Source: Candidatus Auribacter fodinae | Lineage (GTDB): Bacteria; Auribacterota; Auribacteria; Auribacterales; Auribacteraceae | Length of the DNA stretch: 64,000 nucleotides | NCBI GenBank assembly: GCA_003599815.1 | Contig: QZJZ01000105.1 | Span: 7,174-71,173, forward strand | Reading direction: 5' to 3' | Shown: positions 9,108-17,563 of the stretch, piece by piece | How positions within the stretch are numbered: position 1 is the first letter of the stretch | How the letters are laid out: each line of letters begins with the position of its first letter | Notes under the pieces: model-generated | What the model was told of the DNA's origin: nothing | Databases searched by the model: none | The model's input: only the letters and a program-made list of their open reading frames with translations | Program-made: the position numbers and the translations under genes

Positions 9108-9905
9108 TTATAATTCAAAAACCAGACTCATACCGCCCCACGGAATAACATCCTCGTAATCGTATTCCTCTTTAAGCCCTTTGGTCATATGCAGAAAACC
9201 GGTGACCGCCATGTGCCTGCTGAGCGGCACTGTATAATCAACCCCGAAATCAATATGCGTCAGAAAGGTGTGGTCAACTCCTTTGCGGGAATTCATGCCC
9301 AACGCCATCGACGGCACCAGCGCACCATACTTCCCAAACTCAAAACCATGCGATATGCACCATTCAAAATAATATCCTTTTTCCTCGTGATAATCATAAT
9401 TCATGATAAACGTTGGGTTCAGGAATGTGTCAATCGCCACTTCCAGCCCGACTTCTTCGGAATCAGGCTCGCCTTCAGGGATATCCACATACGTCCACAT
9501 CGGCACCAGAGTAACCGGGCCCACGCAGAACTCAGCAAAAATGGTATGGTCGCGCTCTAGCGTCTCAGGTTTCGCGTCAGTAAACGAGGCGCTGAAAAAG
9601 TTGTAGCCAACCGCCACAACATCGCCAATCGGTATACTCGCAGTATATGACTGGTGGACGTTCCAGTCATGAGGAGCGGCATTCGCGCCCTCGTCTATCC
9701 AGTGGCTCATGAAAATAGCTTCAGCGGTGAAATCGATCGGAACCGCCTCGCCCGCAGTATCGAGCGCGTTGTCCACATCTTTCACGAACGGCAATCCGTA
9801 TGTGATGTAACCATCGTTATCACTGGGACACTCATCATCCGCTAAAACACCGTGCTGTCCGCAAAGCGACATTAATAGAACTGCACAAATTATGTTTTTC
9901 TTCAT
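9108..9905 (-). CDS. Putative outer-membrane beta-barrel protein (TorF-like), His-rich
   Basis: Signal peptide MKKNIICAVLL, alternating aromatic/hydrophobic strands, C-terminal WGGMSLVFEL strand. ATG 9905 follows GGAGGA. Confidence 0.6.
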   Translation of the reverse strand: MKKNIICAVLLMSLCGQHGVLADDECPSDNDGYITYGLPFVKDVDNALDTAGEAVPIDFTAEAIFMSHWIDEGANAAPHDWNVHQSYTASIPIGDVVAVGYNFFSASFTDAKPETLERDHTIFAEFCVGPVTLVPMWTYVDIPEGEPDSEEVGLEVAIDTFLNPTFIMNYDYHEEKGYYFEWCISHGFEFGKYGALVPSMALGMNSRKGVDHTFLTHIDFGVDYTVPLSRHMAVTGFLHMTKGLKEEYDYEDVIPWGGMSLVFEL

Positions 9906-10029
9906 TATTATCCTCCATACTTGTTTATGGTACTCCATTCTGCCTTTATTATAATAGGTAAAAAGAACCAATAAAATGAATACCTGCACATCCAAAATTT
10001 AATTTGTTACTCGTTTATACCGGCATATT

Positions 10030-10061
10030 GTTAGGATAGCCTAACTTTTATTGCGGGTCAA
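10030..10061 (-). promoter_or_regulatory. DtxR/IdeR/MntR-like operator overlapping a sigma70 -10 element
   Basis: Palindrome GTTAGG-ATAG-CCTAAC at 10030-10045; minus strand TTGACC-N17-TATCCT, with the -10 inside the palindrome. Confidence 0.6.
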
Positions 10062-10193
10062 TTGTTTTTTTACCAAAAAAATCGTTTTTTTATTTTGATA
10101 AAAAATATTCATGGAAATTTGACAACTCACACTTATCATGCTATTTAAATATATGAAGGAAAATTATATAACTGCGCACAACGAGGCTGATCG

Positions 10194-11261
10194 ATGAAAT
10201 ATTCCAGATTATTTGCCACCACACTTTTTTTAGCACTATGCACACTGTTCTCAAACACGTCATTTTCCGCTGAATGGTGGGATGCGGATTACGATTACAG
10301 GCAGGCTCTTGATATAACCACCGCCGGGTACGGGGTATCAGCGGATTACAGTACCAAAGTCACACTTGACCTTGGTTCATTGGTTACGGACGGTAAAATA
10401 CGAGCTGATTACAATGACGTGCGCGTAGTGTTCCATGACGGTACGACATATACAGAGCTTGACCGTCATATCCGCAACGGTTCGTCAGGCAGTGAAATAT
10501 GGTTTGCCATGCAGGAAGGGCAATCCGCGAATACGACTGTTACCGGGAAGTACTACCTTTATTACGGCAACACAGAAGCAACCTCCGCTCCGACAAATTA
10601 CAGTAACATTTACATGATGTATGACGGGTTCAGCGGCACTTCGCTGTCCAGCAACTGGCATGGATCGACCAGCAGTTATTCCGTGTCAAACGGATCTTTG
10701 GTTATACCAAACACAAACGGTGGCGGGCTGGTTATTTATACTGACGCTTACCAGCACAATAGCGTTCGCGAATATTCCCTGAAACTCACTGCGCTGAGCC
10801 CCGGACAGTTATATGTCCATACCCTTGCCGATACAACCGCGAATAACGATTGGGGTTCCGGCAACAGAGTGGTCCACGACGTTGACCCGGCAGGAACCGT
10901 GAATAACAATATCCGCGAAGCGCCGCTCCAATTTTACTGGACACACTCCACATCGCAATTTGAAGTGTTTCAGGATGTTTTTTATAACAACACGGAATGG
11001 TATTACGCAGGTTCCAGCTATGAGTCTCTGGCATTGAAAAGCACGGATGCTCCGACAAATACCATCGCGACCCGCACATTTAAGATCAACAGCCAGCATA
11101 CCAAGCAGGTGTGGTACATGGACTACGTATTGATCCGCGACTACGTCCCGGTTGAGCCGAGTGTCACTTTTATGAGTGAGGAGTCCAACCTGATTCCTGA
11201 GCCTGTTTCAATTATCTTGCTTGGCATCAGCGTATTATACCTTAAGATACGCCGCAGGTAA
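10194..11261 (+). CDS. PEP-CTERM surface protein with N-terminal DUF2341-like domain
   Basis: Signal peptide; WWDADYDYRQ.L.I...DG.IRADYNDVR...IWF...YYLYYGN; IPEP + TM + KIRRR. Confidence 0.85.
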   Translation: MKYSRLFATTLFLALCTLFSNTSFSAEWWDADYDYRQALDITTAGYGVSADYSTKVTLDLGSLVTDGKIRADYNDVRVVFHDGTTYTELDRHIRNGSSGSEIWFAMQEGQSANTTVTGKYYLYYGNTEATSAPTNYSNIYMMYDGFSGTSLSSNWHGSTSSYSVSNGSLVIPNTNGGGLVIYTDAYQHNSVREYSLKLTALSPGQLYVHTLADTTANNDWGSGNRVVHDVDPAGTVNNNIREAPLQFYWTHSTSQFEVFQDVFYNNTEWYYAGSSYESLALKSTDAPTNTIATRTFKINSQHTKQVWYMDYVLIRDYVPVEPSVTFMSEESNLIPEPVSIILLGISVLYLKIRRR

Positions 11262-11295
11262 CAAAATCCTTTTATTAACCCCTGTTGCCGCCTAC

Positions 11296-11397
11296 TTATA
11301 TCGTGAACTGCTTAACGATTTCGTCCAGCATTGCGGCCTGCCCGTTCAAATAATCAAACCGGGCAACACTGCCGATTAAATTTTCCTCAATTACAGC
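11296..11397 (-). pseudogene. Possible remnant of the C-terminus of a chemoreceptor (MCP)
   Basis: Manual translation AVIEENLIGSVARFDYLNGQAAMLDEIVKQFTI* aligns with the end of the MCP at 36638 ([36 protein letters not shown]). Confidence 0.4.
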
Positions 11398-11807
11398 AAA
11401 GCAGAGAATAACTATGTTCCCGTTTTTCTGACAGTGACAACAGGAAATACGGTGCGGGGACATAACATAGTAAAGTCAATTTTGCCGCCATAGCACAGAA
11501 TTTCAATCAAATACTTTTATTTTTTATTCAGTAATATCTTTATAATCAAAAACATAATCATTTTTTTACTTTATTGAAACAATGAAAGAATAAAAACCAT
11601 ACCTTTACACTCATAAAATAAATTAATTATTTCTGTAACTCCGATGTTCTTCATATTGTTATAGATTCATCAAAATATATTTTTTTAATTTATTTTTTTA
11701 TTTGCAAACAATAACATATTTTTTATATAATATCATATTATAAGCTGTTTCTGGCTTCTCCAAAACGGAGAGATGACTACATAGATTGCAACAACAAGGA
11801 GGAAACC

Positions 11808-12542
11808 ATGAAAAGGCTGATTTTCATCACATGCATCATTCTTTCAATCGCTTCCATTGCCGGAGCCGACCCACTGGGCAAATACTACAAATGGTCGCAA
11901 TTCCCCGACATGGATGCGAGCGGGTATGATGTGCCTGATGTGCACCCAAACATTCTGGCTGACGATTTTCTGTGCGAAAACGGGCTGGACATCACAGACA
12001 TCCACTGGTGGGGATCATTAATCGGCTGGCAACAGGATCTCCCAATGCCTGATCCTGCGTTAGCGCCGCAACCTGACTTTTTCGATTTCAGTTTTCACAC
12101 AGATGTCCCTGCCGGGCCTAACAGTCCATACAGCCATCCCGGGGGATTGCTGGCAACTGACCAAGCATCAAAGGTGGAGTATACCGTCAATTATTTCGGT
12201 ACAATAGACCATGGCGGTATCTTCGAGCATGTATTCCAGTACAATTTCGACCTTCATCAGTACTGGCAACAACAGCAAGGCCAGATTTACTGGCTGGATA
12301 TTTCCGCTATTTACGCTCAACAGCCAATGTTTACATGGGGATGGCATACCGCTAAAACACAATGGAACGATTCAGCGGTCATGCTGGCGCCGGGTACACC
12401 GCAGGGATGGGCGCCAATAGACAGCGGCGAACCGCGCGACCTGGCATTTGAGTTGTCGACAGTTCCTGAACCGGGCGCAATGATCCTGTTCGGCATGGGC
12501 GGCTTTTTCTGGCTGGCTAAACGCATCAGGAAACACGTATAA
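11808..12542 (+). CDS. PEP-CTERM surface protein
   Basis: Signal peptide; KWSQ.PD...ADDFLC...ITDIHWWGS...YWLDISA...WGW..A...WND.A...DLAFEL; VPEP + TM + KRIRK; AGGAGG RBS. Confidence 0.88.
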   Translation: MKRLIFITCIILSIASIAGADPLGKYYKWSQFPDMDASGYDVPDVHPNILADDFLCENGLDITDIHWWGSLIGWQQDLPMPDPALAPQPDFFDFSFHTDVPAGPNSPYSHPGGLLATDQASKVEYTVNYFGTIDHGGIFEHVFQYNFDLHQYWQQQQGQIYWLDISAIYAQQPMFTWGWHTAKTQWNDSAVMLAPGTPQGWAPIDSGEPRDLAFELSTVPEPGAMILFGMGGFFWLAKRIRKHV

Positions 12543-12551
12543 TTTTTTATG

Positions 12552-12593
12552 AAAATAATCCCCCGCTTTTCGCAATCAGCGGGGGATTATTTT
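12552..12593 (+). terminator. Intrinsic terminator
   Basis: aaaataatcccccgct...agcgggggattatttt. Confidence 0.8.
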
Positions 12594-12717
12594 GCCTGAA
12601 CACCCTGTTAAGCAGGCAGGGCAGGCTTTGTTTATCAGATCAATTGAGTAAATCCTCCCATAGAAATACATTTTCCCGGCTATTCCTGCCAAATTTGTTA
12701 ATAACACATATATACGG

Positions 12718-12746
12718 TTGACATAATTTTACAAATACTGTATAAA
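12718..12746 (+). promoter_or_regulatory. sigma70 promoter for the 12958 gene; the miniature element lies between it and the gene
   Basis: TTGACA-N17-TATAAA. Confidence 0.55.
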
Positions 12747-12769
12747 TTCTGCCTATTCTGAAACAATTT

Positions 12770-12922
12770 GGGAGTGCTGAAAAAGATTCTAAGTTCCTCT
12801 TTTAAGATGTCATCACAAGGAGCGTTAGCGGCGTGGTGATCTTAAAATGAATAAAGCTGAGATTGCCACAGCCCCTTTGGGGCTTCGCAATGACATTCTC
12901 TTGTGACTTTTTCATCGTTCTA
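12770..12922 (+). mobile_element. MITE-like element copy 1 (153 bp)
   Basis: Ends GGGAGTGCTGAAAAAG / CTTTTTCATCGTTCTA; flanked by direct repeat AATTT (12765-69 and 12923-27); homologous to three other copies. Confidence 0.88.
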
Positions 12923-12957
12923 AATTTATATGATATACAACAGGACAGGAGCAATCC

Positions 12958-14559
12958 ATGCGATCAATAATACATCTGGCGTTATTACTGACACTCGCGG
13001 CAGTCATATTTTCAGGCTCGCTCAGGGCGGACGATACTATCAACTTGGACGGCAGTTATTTTTACGGGGGGTTCAGCAGTCATTCGCCATATCCGTACGA
13101 ACCGTACACAGCCATCGGTGACCAGTACATATCCGGTTCAAGCATGGTGCTGACGCTCAACTTCTCGGACGATCCGCCATCTCAAACGTTCCTGACAATC
13201 ACCAACACGTTTTATGACAGCGAAGGATGGCTCAACCTCATTGTAGAGCTCGATAACGAGACATATCACGAAATAGGGATAGCGAACGACTGGCTCGCCA
13301 TATTTGTTATGCGCGACCCGGGTGTGGATGAAATACTTGACATAACATACAGCCTCAAGAAAAAGACTGCGCCCACTATTGCGGAAATCGCGGGCGAGTA
13401 CTCTATTTTCGGGCATTATTCCGGCGTGGGCAGTGATGAAATGTGGAGTTCATCCATGAACGGCGCCGTCACTCTGGGGCTGGATGGTTCTCTCACATAC
13501 AGCGTTACACCTGATTTCGGCGACACGGAAACAGGGGCATCAACATACACTCTTAACGCCTCTACCTCCACCATATATGTAACAGGCGTCGGAGAATTCC
13601 TTATCGGCGAAGGCGGTATGTTAATGCGCTTTGACAGGGATGCTTCAGACAACGAACTTTTCTATGAAATTCTGGTAAAACGGTCGTCAGGGAAAACCCT
13701 GGCTGATTTTGAAGGGTGCTGGAAATTCCAGGCGTTCGCGGCAGGCGATAACACCAGAGCGCCTTACACCGCATGGGGGTTAGCGGTAGTTTTTAATGAC
13801 GGAACCTGCCTTGTATCCAACGACTACTACGGGTATACCAGCGAGACCGTATCTGCAGTCATTTCCGCTTCTGACAACGGGGTGTTTACGGTAACCAGCA
13901 ATCTCGGGTACGAATATACCGGCATACTGAGCCCGGCATCCGATGCGGCAATCATGCAGATCGCCATTGACGAACTCTACCACTCGGTAGGCACTGCCAT
14001 AAAGATACAGCTCGACCCGTCGGACGATAATGACAACGACGGCATCAGCAACAACATGGAATTCGCGCAAAAAATCAATCCTCTTAACCCTGATACCGAC
14101 TCAGACGGCATGCCCGACGGCTGGGAACTCGCGAATACCCTCAGCCCCCGCGATAACGACGCTGAATCCGACACTGACCTTGACGGGCTCACCGCTCTGC
14201 GGGAATACAGCCTCAACACCAACCCCAACAACGATGACTCCGATAACGACGGGTTTAAAGACGGCGACGAAATCACCGCAGGCACGAATCCGAATGACAA
14301 TATATCCTTTTTTACAATGGTTTACATCAATCCCCGGACAAACACCCTCTGCTGGGTAGGCGCAACTACTGCCAGCTACAGGATGTCATGGAAAGATTCA
14401 TTTGACGAGTTCTGGCATGAAGTAACGCTATCGTCGGACGAACTGGTGTTTCAGTCAGATACTGTATCATACACAGATAACGGCGACGACACTTCTGTTC
14501 CGGCAAGACTGCCTCTCAATGAAGCAAATAAACGATTATACAAAATTACCGCATACTAA
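12958..14559 (+). CDS. Secreted protein with tandem beta-rich modules and thrombospondin type-3-like Ca-binding repeats
   Basis: Signal peptide; DNDNDGISN, DTDSDGMPDGWE, DTDLDGLT, DSDNDGFKDGDE...GTNP repeats; short C-terminal beta domain ending RLYKITAY. Confidence 0.78.
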   Translation: MRSIIHLALLLTLAAVIFSGSLRADDTINLDGSYFYGGFSSHSPYPYEPYTAIGDQYISGSSMVLTLNFSDDPPSQTFLTITNTFYDSEGWLNLIVELDNETYHEIGIANDWLAIFVMRDPGVDEILDITYSLKKKTAPTIAEIAGEYSIFGHYSGVGSDEMWSSSMNGAVTLGLDGSLTYSVTPDFGDTETGASTYTLNASTSTIYVTGVGEFLIGEGGMLMRFDRDASDNELFYEILVKRSSGKTLADFEGCWKFQAFAAGDNTRAPYTAWGLAVVFNDGTCLVSNDYYGYTSETVSAVISASDNGVFTVTSNLGYEYTGILSPASDAAIMQIAIDELYHSVGTAIKIQLDPSDDNDNDGISNNMEFAQKINPLNPDTDSDGMPDGWELANTLSPRDNDAESDTDLDGLTALREYSLNTNPNNDDSDNDGFKDGDEITAGTNPNDNISFFTMVYINPRTNTLCWVGATTASYRMSWKDSFDEFWHEVTLSSDELVFQSDTVSYTDNGDDTSVPARLPLNEANKRLYKITAY

Positions 14560-14743
14560 CGCACATCATCCATCGGCACATAACTCTCACAGCGGCAAGA
14601 GCAGGCAATAATAAATATTTTATTGTTTTTATGTCAGGGCATTATTATTCGCTTGTGATGCATGATAACCGGTTTATTTCTATTTGCCTTCTTATTAAAC
14701 TGTGCTATTGTTACAGTATATTGATAACATCCAATTAAAATAT

Positions 14744-14893
14744 GGGACCGATGAAAAGTCACAAAAAAATGTCATTGCGAAGCCCGAAGTGTCTGCGGCA
14801 ATCTCAGCTCGATTCATTTTGAGATCACCACGCCGCTAACGATCCTCATGATGACAGCTTAAGGAGAAATTGATAGACTTTTTCAGCGCACCA
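14744..14893 (-). mobile_element. MITE-like element copy 2 (150 bp, inverted, most diverged)
   Basis: Reverse complement aligns to copies 1 and 4; flanked by AATAT (14739-43 and 14894-98). Confidence 0.85.
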
Positions 14894-14915
14894 AATATTT
14901 CTATCGGAGACCGGC

Positions 14916-17450
14916 ATGGAGTTGTATGGATATCTGATTAAATGTGAAGCGGTTCTATCCGCATTTCTCATTGTTTACCTGTTTTTCTTTCTTGTAAAGG
15001 TTCCTTTTTGCAAGCATCTCATTTCCGCCGCGGCTTTTTTTGTCCTTTTATTTGCATATAATGCCGCGTCAATTAAATTAAACTCACCTGTAAATGAAGG
15101 TACTCCATATTTCTGGCACAGGATACAGCTGGTATCGGTGCTTCTTGTTCCGGTGTCGCTCATCTGGTTTATTTACCGGTTTTCAAGTAACCTCGACTTA
15201 TACCGAAAAGCGAGTAAACTTTTAACGGTTTTGTTATGCCTGTCCGCTCTGTCTGCGATGCTCGTTCCCGGCAACGCGCTGTTTGCGAACCAGTCAGGTC
15301 AGGGGTCTGCATTCGGCTGGAATATACTGCTGTACGCCCTGATTATGCCTGTATTTGCATCATATTATTTCCTTATTTACGTCACCTTTTCCAAATCCGT
15401 ATATAAACGACAATTTATGCGCATATTATTCCTTTCGGCATTTTCAATGGTTGCCGCAGGATCGGCGGCGTACTTCGCGTTTCATCTCAGCGTGTTGACT
15501 GGAAACGCCTACTTTGAGTATTCCGCCGCCAGCATGTTCATTGTGGTCATGTTTCTTTTGACCGATCAATTTTCCTGTAATATACAGGGATCCGACCTGA
15601 AACGCAATGTTGAGCTTCAGTACAAACTGCTGATGGAAAACGTGCCCATTAAAATGTTTTATAAAAACACGCATTCCGTGTATGTATTTTGCAGTAAAAG
15701 TTTCGCCCGCTTGATGAATGTATCGCCTGCTGAAATCGCTGGTAAGACCGACTGCGATTTAATGCCGAAACACCTCGCTGAAAAATACCGCTCTGACGAC
15801 AGGCGGATTATGGCGGAAAAAACAACCGAGGAGTTTGATGATGAATTCCTTGAGGACGGGCAAATAAAAATAGCAAGAACCACTAAAACTGCCGTACTGA
15901 ATGAAAAAGGTGAAGTGATCGGTATCCTTGGATCTTTTATCGACGTCACCGAACGCCGGCAGGCAGAAAACCTGCTCAGAAACAGCAAACAGGAAATATC
16001 GCTCCTGCTCAATAACCTTCCAGGTATGGTATACAGATGCAAAAACGACCATTCATGGACAATGACATTTGTCAGTGATGGATGTAAAGACCTTACCGGA
16101 TACAGGAAAGAAGACCTGCTTGGTAACAATGCCGTCTCTTACAACGACATCACTCACCCCGATGACCGGAAGTATATTTGGGATACCATTCAGAAACACA
16201 AAGAAAAAAATGAGCCATACCAGCTCGTTTACCGGATAAAAACCGCTGGTGGAGAAGAAAAATGGGTGTGGGAAAGAGGTTGGTTCATATTTGACTCAAC
16301 AACCGGGAATTTCCTGTATCTGGAAGGGTTTATTACAGACATAACCGCACAGAAAAACACTGAGCAAAAACTGAAGGAAAGCGAACAAACACTGAGAACA
16401 ATCCTTCAAGCCGCTCCGATCGGGATAGGTTTAATCACCAACCGTATCTTTAAATGGGTAAACAATCGGATGGCACAGATGGTCGGGTACACCCCCGATG
16501 AACTTGTCAATAAAAACGCGCGAATGCTGTATCCATCAGAAGAAGAATACCTTCGCGTCGGAAGAGAAAAACACGCGGATGTACTGAAAACCGGGTTTGG
16601 TCAAATTGAGACTCAGATGGTTCATAAAGACGGGCATCTGCTCGATATCCTTCTAAGTTCAGCATCTCTCGTGCATGGCGATTTGTCCGCCGGAATGATA
16701 TTCACCATGAACGACATTACCGAACAAAAAAAGGCACAAGATCAATGCAATCTCCTTATTGATAAACTTGAGCGCCAGAACGCTGAACTGGAAAATTTCA
16801 CGTATACCGTGTCACACGATTTAAAAAGCCCGCTTATTACCATAGAAGGGTTCGTCGGGTTCCTGAAACGCAACCCGGCTGTCGCGAAAAACAAGGATGC
16901 GCATGAAATGCTGGTACGCATCACCAACGCGGCGAGCAAAATGCGTAAACTGCTCGATGATTTGCTGGAATTGTCGCGCATCGGCAGGCTGGTTAATCCT
17001 TCGGAAGAATGTTCTATGAATGCCATTGTAGACGAAGCCATTGAACTCACCTCAGGCAGGCTGTCATCGCACCGAGTAACTGTCTCCGTCGCGCCGGGAC
17101 TGCCCACCGTAACCTGTGACAGACAGCGCATGGTGCAGGTTATGGTCAACCTTATTGATAACGCGGCTAAATTTGCTGAAGGAGTTGAACACCCGCAAAT
17201 CACTATCGGGATGCGCAGTACAGGCAAAGAAAACATTATTTTTGTCAGCGACAATGGAATCGGCATTGAAAAACAGTATTTCGGAACGATCTTCGGGCTC
17301 TTCAATAAACTCAACAATGAAAGTGAAGGGACGGGCGTAGGGCTGTCTCTGGTAAAACGTATTATTGAATTCCACGGCGGCAAAATTTGGGTTGAGTCAG
17401 AAGGGATTGATAAAGGTTGCGAATTCTGTTTTACCCTGCCGTTCAAATAA
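14916..17450 (+). CDS. Membrane-bound multi-PAS sensor histidine kinase
   Basis: About 7 N-terminal TMs, three PAS/PAC units (e.g. HPDDR...YRI...KWVWERG), H-box VSHDLKSPL, NLIDNA, DNGIG, GTGVGL. Confidence 0.92.
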   Translation: MELYGYLIKCEAVLSAFLIVYLFFFLVKVPFCKHLISAAAFFVLLFAYNAASIKLNSPVNEGTPYFWHRIQLVSVLLVPVSLIWFIYRFSSNLDLYRKASKLLTVLLCLSALSAMLVPGNALFANQSGQGSAFGWNILLYALIMPVFASYYFLIYVTFSKSVYKRQFMRILFLSAFSMVAAGSAAYFAFHLSVLTGNAYFEYSAASMFIVVMFLLTDQFSCNIQGSDLKRNVELQYKLLMENVPIKMFYKNTHSVYVFCSKSFARLMNVSPAEIAGKTDCDLMPKHLAEKYRSDDRRIMAEKTTEEFDDEFLEDGQIKIARTTKTAVLNEKGEVIGILGSFIDVTERRQAENLLRNSKQEISLLLNNLPGMVYRCKNDHSWTMTFVSDGCKDLTGYRKEDLLGNNAVSYNDITHPDDRKYIWDTIQKHKEKNEPYQLVYRIKTAGGEEKWVWERGWFIFDSTTGNFLYLEGFITDITAQKNTEQKLKESEQTLRTILQAAPIGIGLITNRIFKWVNNRMAQMVGYTPDELVNKNARMLYPSEEEYLRVGREKHADVLKTGFGQIETQMVHKDGHLLDILLSSASLVHGDLSAGMIFTMNDITEQKKAQDQCNLLIDKLERQNAELENFTYTVSHDLKSPLITIEGFVGFLKRNPAVAKNKDAHEMLVRITNAASKMRKLLDDLLELSRIGRLVNPSEECSMNAIVDEAIELTSGRLSSHRVTVSVAPGLPTVTCDRQRMVQVMVNLIDNAAKFAEGVEHPQITIGMRSTGKENIIFVSDNGIGIEKQYFGTIFGLFNKLNNESEGTGVGLSLVKRIIEFHGGKIWVESEGIDKGCEFCFTLPFK

Positions 17451-17563
17451 GATCAGCCGGATACTCCTAACCTGTTCTTGTCTGAACTTTCATAAAATAG
17501 TATACTTAATTCCGTTTTTTCCGAAATATAACTAGGGGAAACATTCATAACAGGTTCATATAT

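Noticed and set aside
11411-11470. Possible cobalamin riboswitch (aacaggaaatacggtgc) with local hairpin
   Set aside because: Lacks the AGGGAA...CGGTG..AAtCC..CnGCCCC core continuation and B12 box; more likely a chance hairpin. Infernal would settle it.
12770-14893. Composite transposon formed by inverted MITE copies 1 and 2 around the 12958 gene
   Set aside because: Each copy has its own distinct 5-bp duplication (AATTT vs AATAT) and the copies are diverged, which indicates independent insertions. The outer flanks do not form a shared duplication.
16742-17446. Long antisense or alternate-frame ORFs (e.g. 16742-17446, 20880-21431, 22509-23060, 25593-26351, 37299-37766, 57319-57849)
   Set aside because: They overlap well-supported genes, have no recognisable motifs and show shadow-ORF composition.
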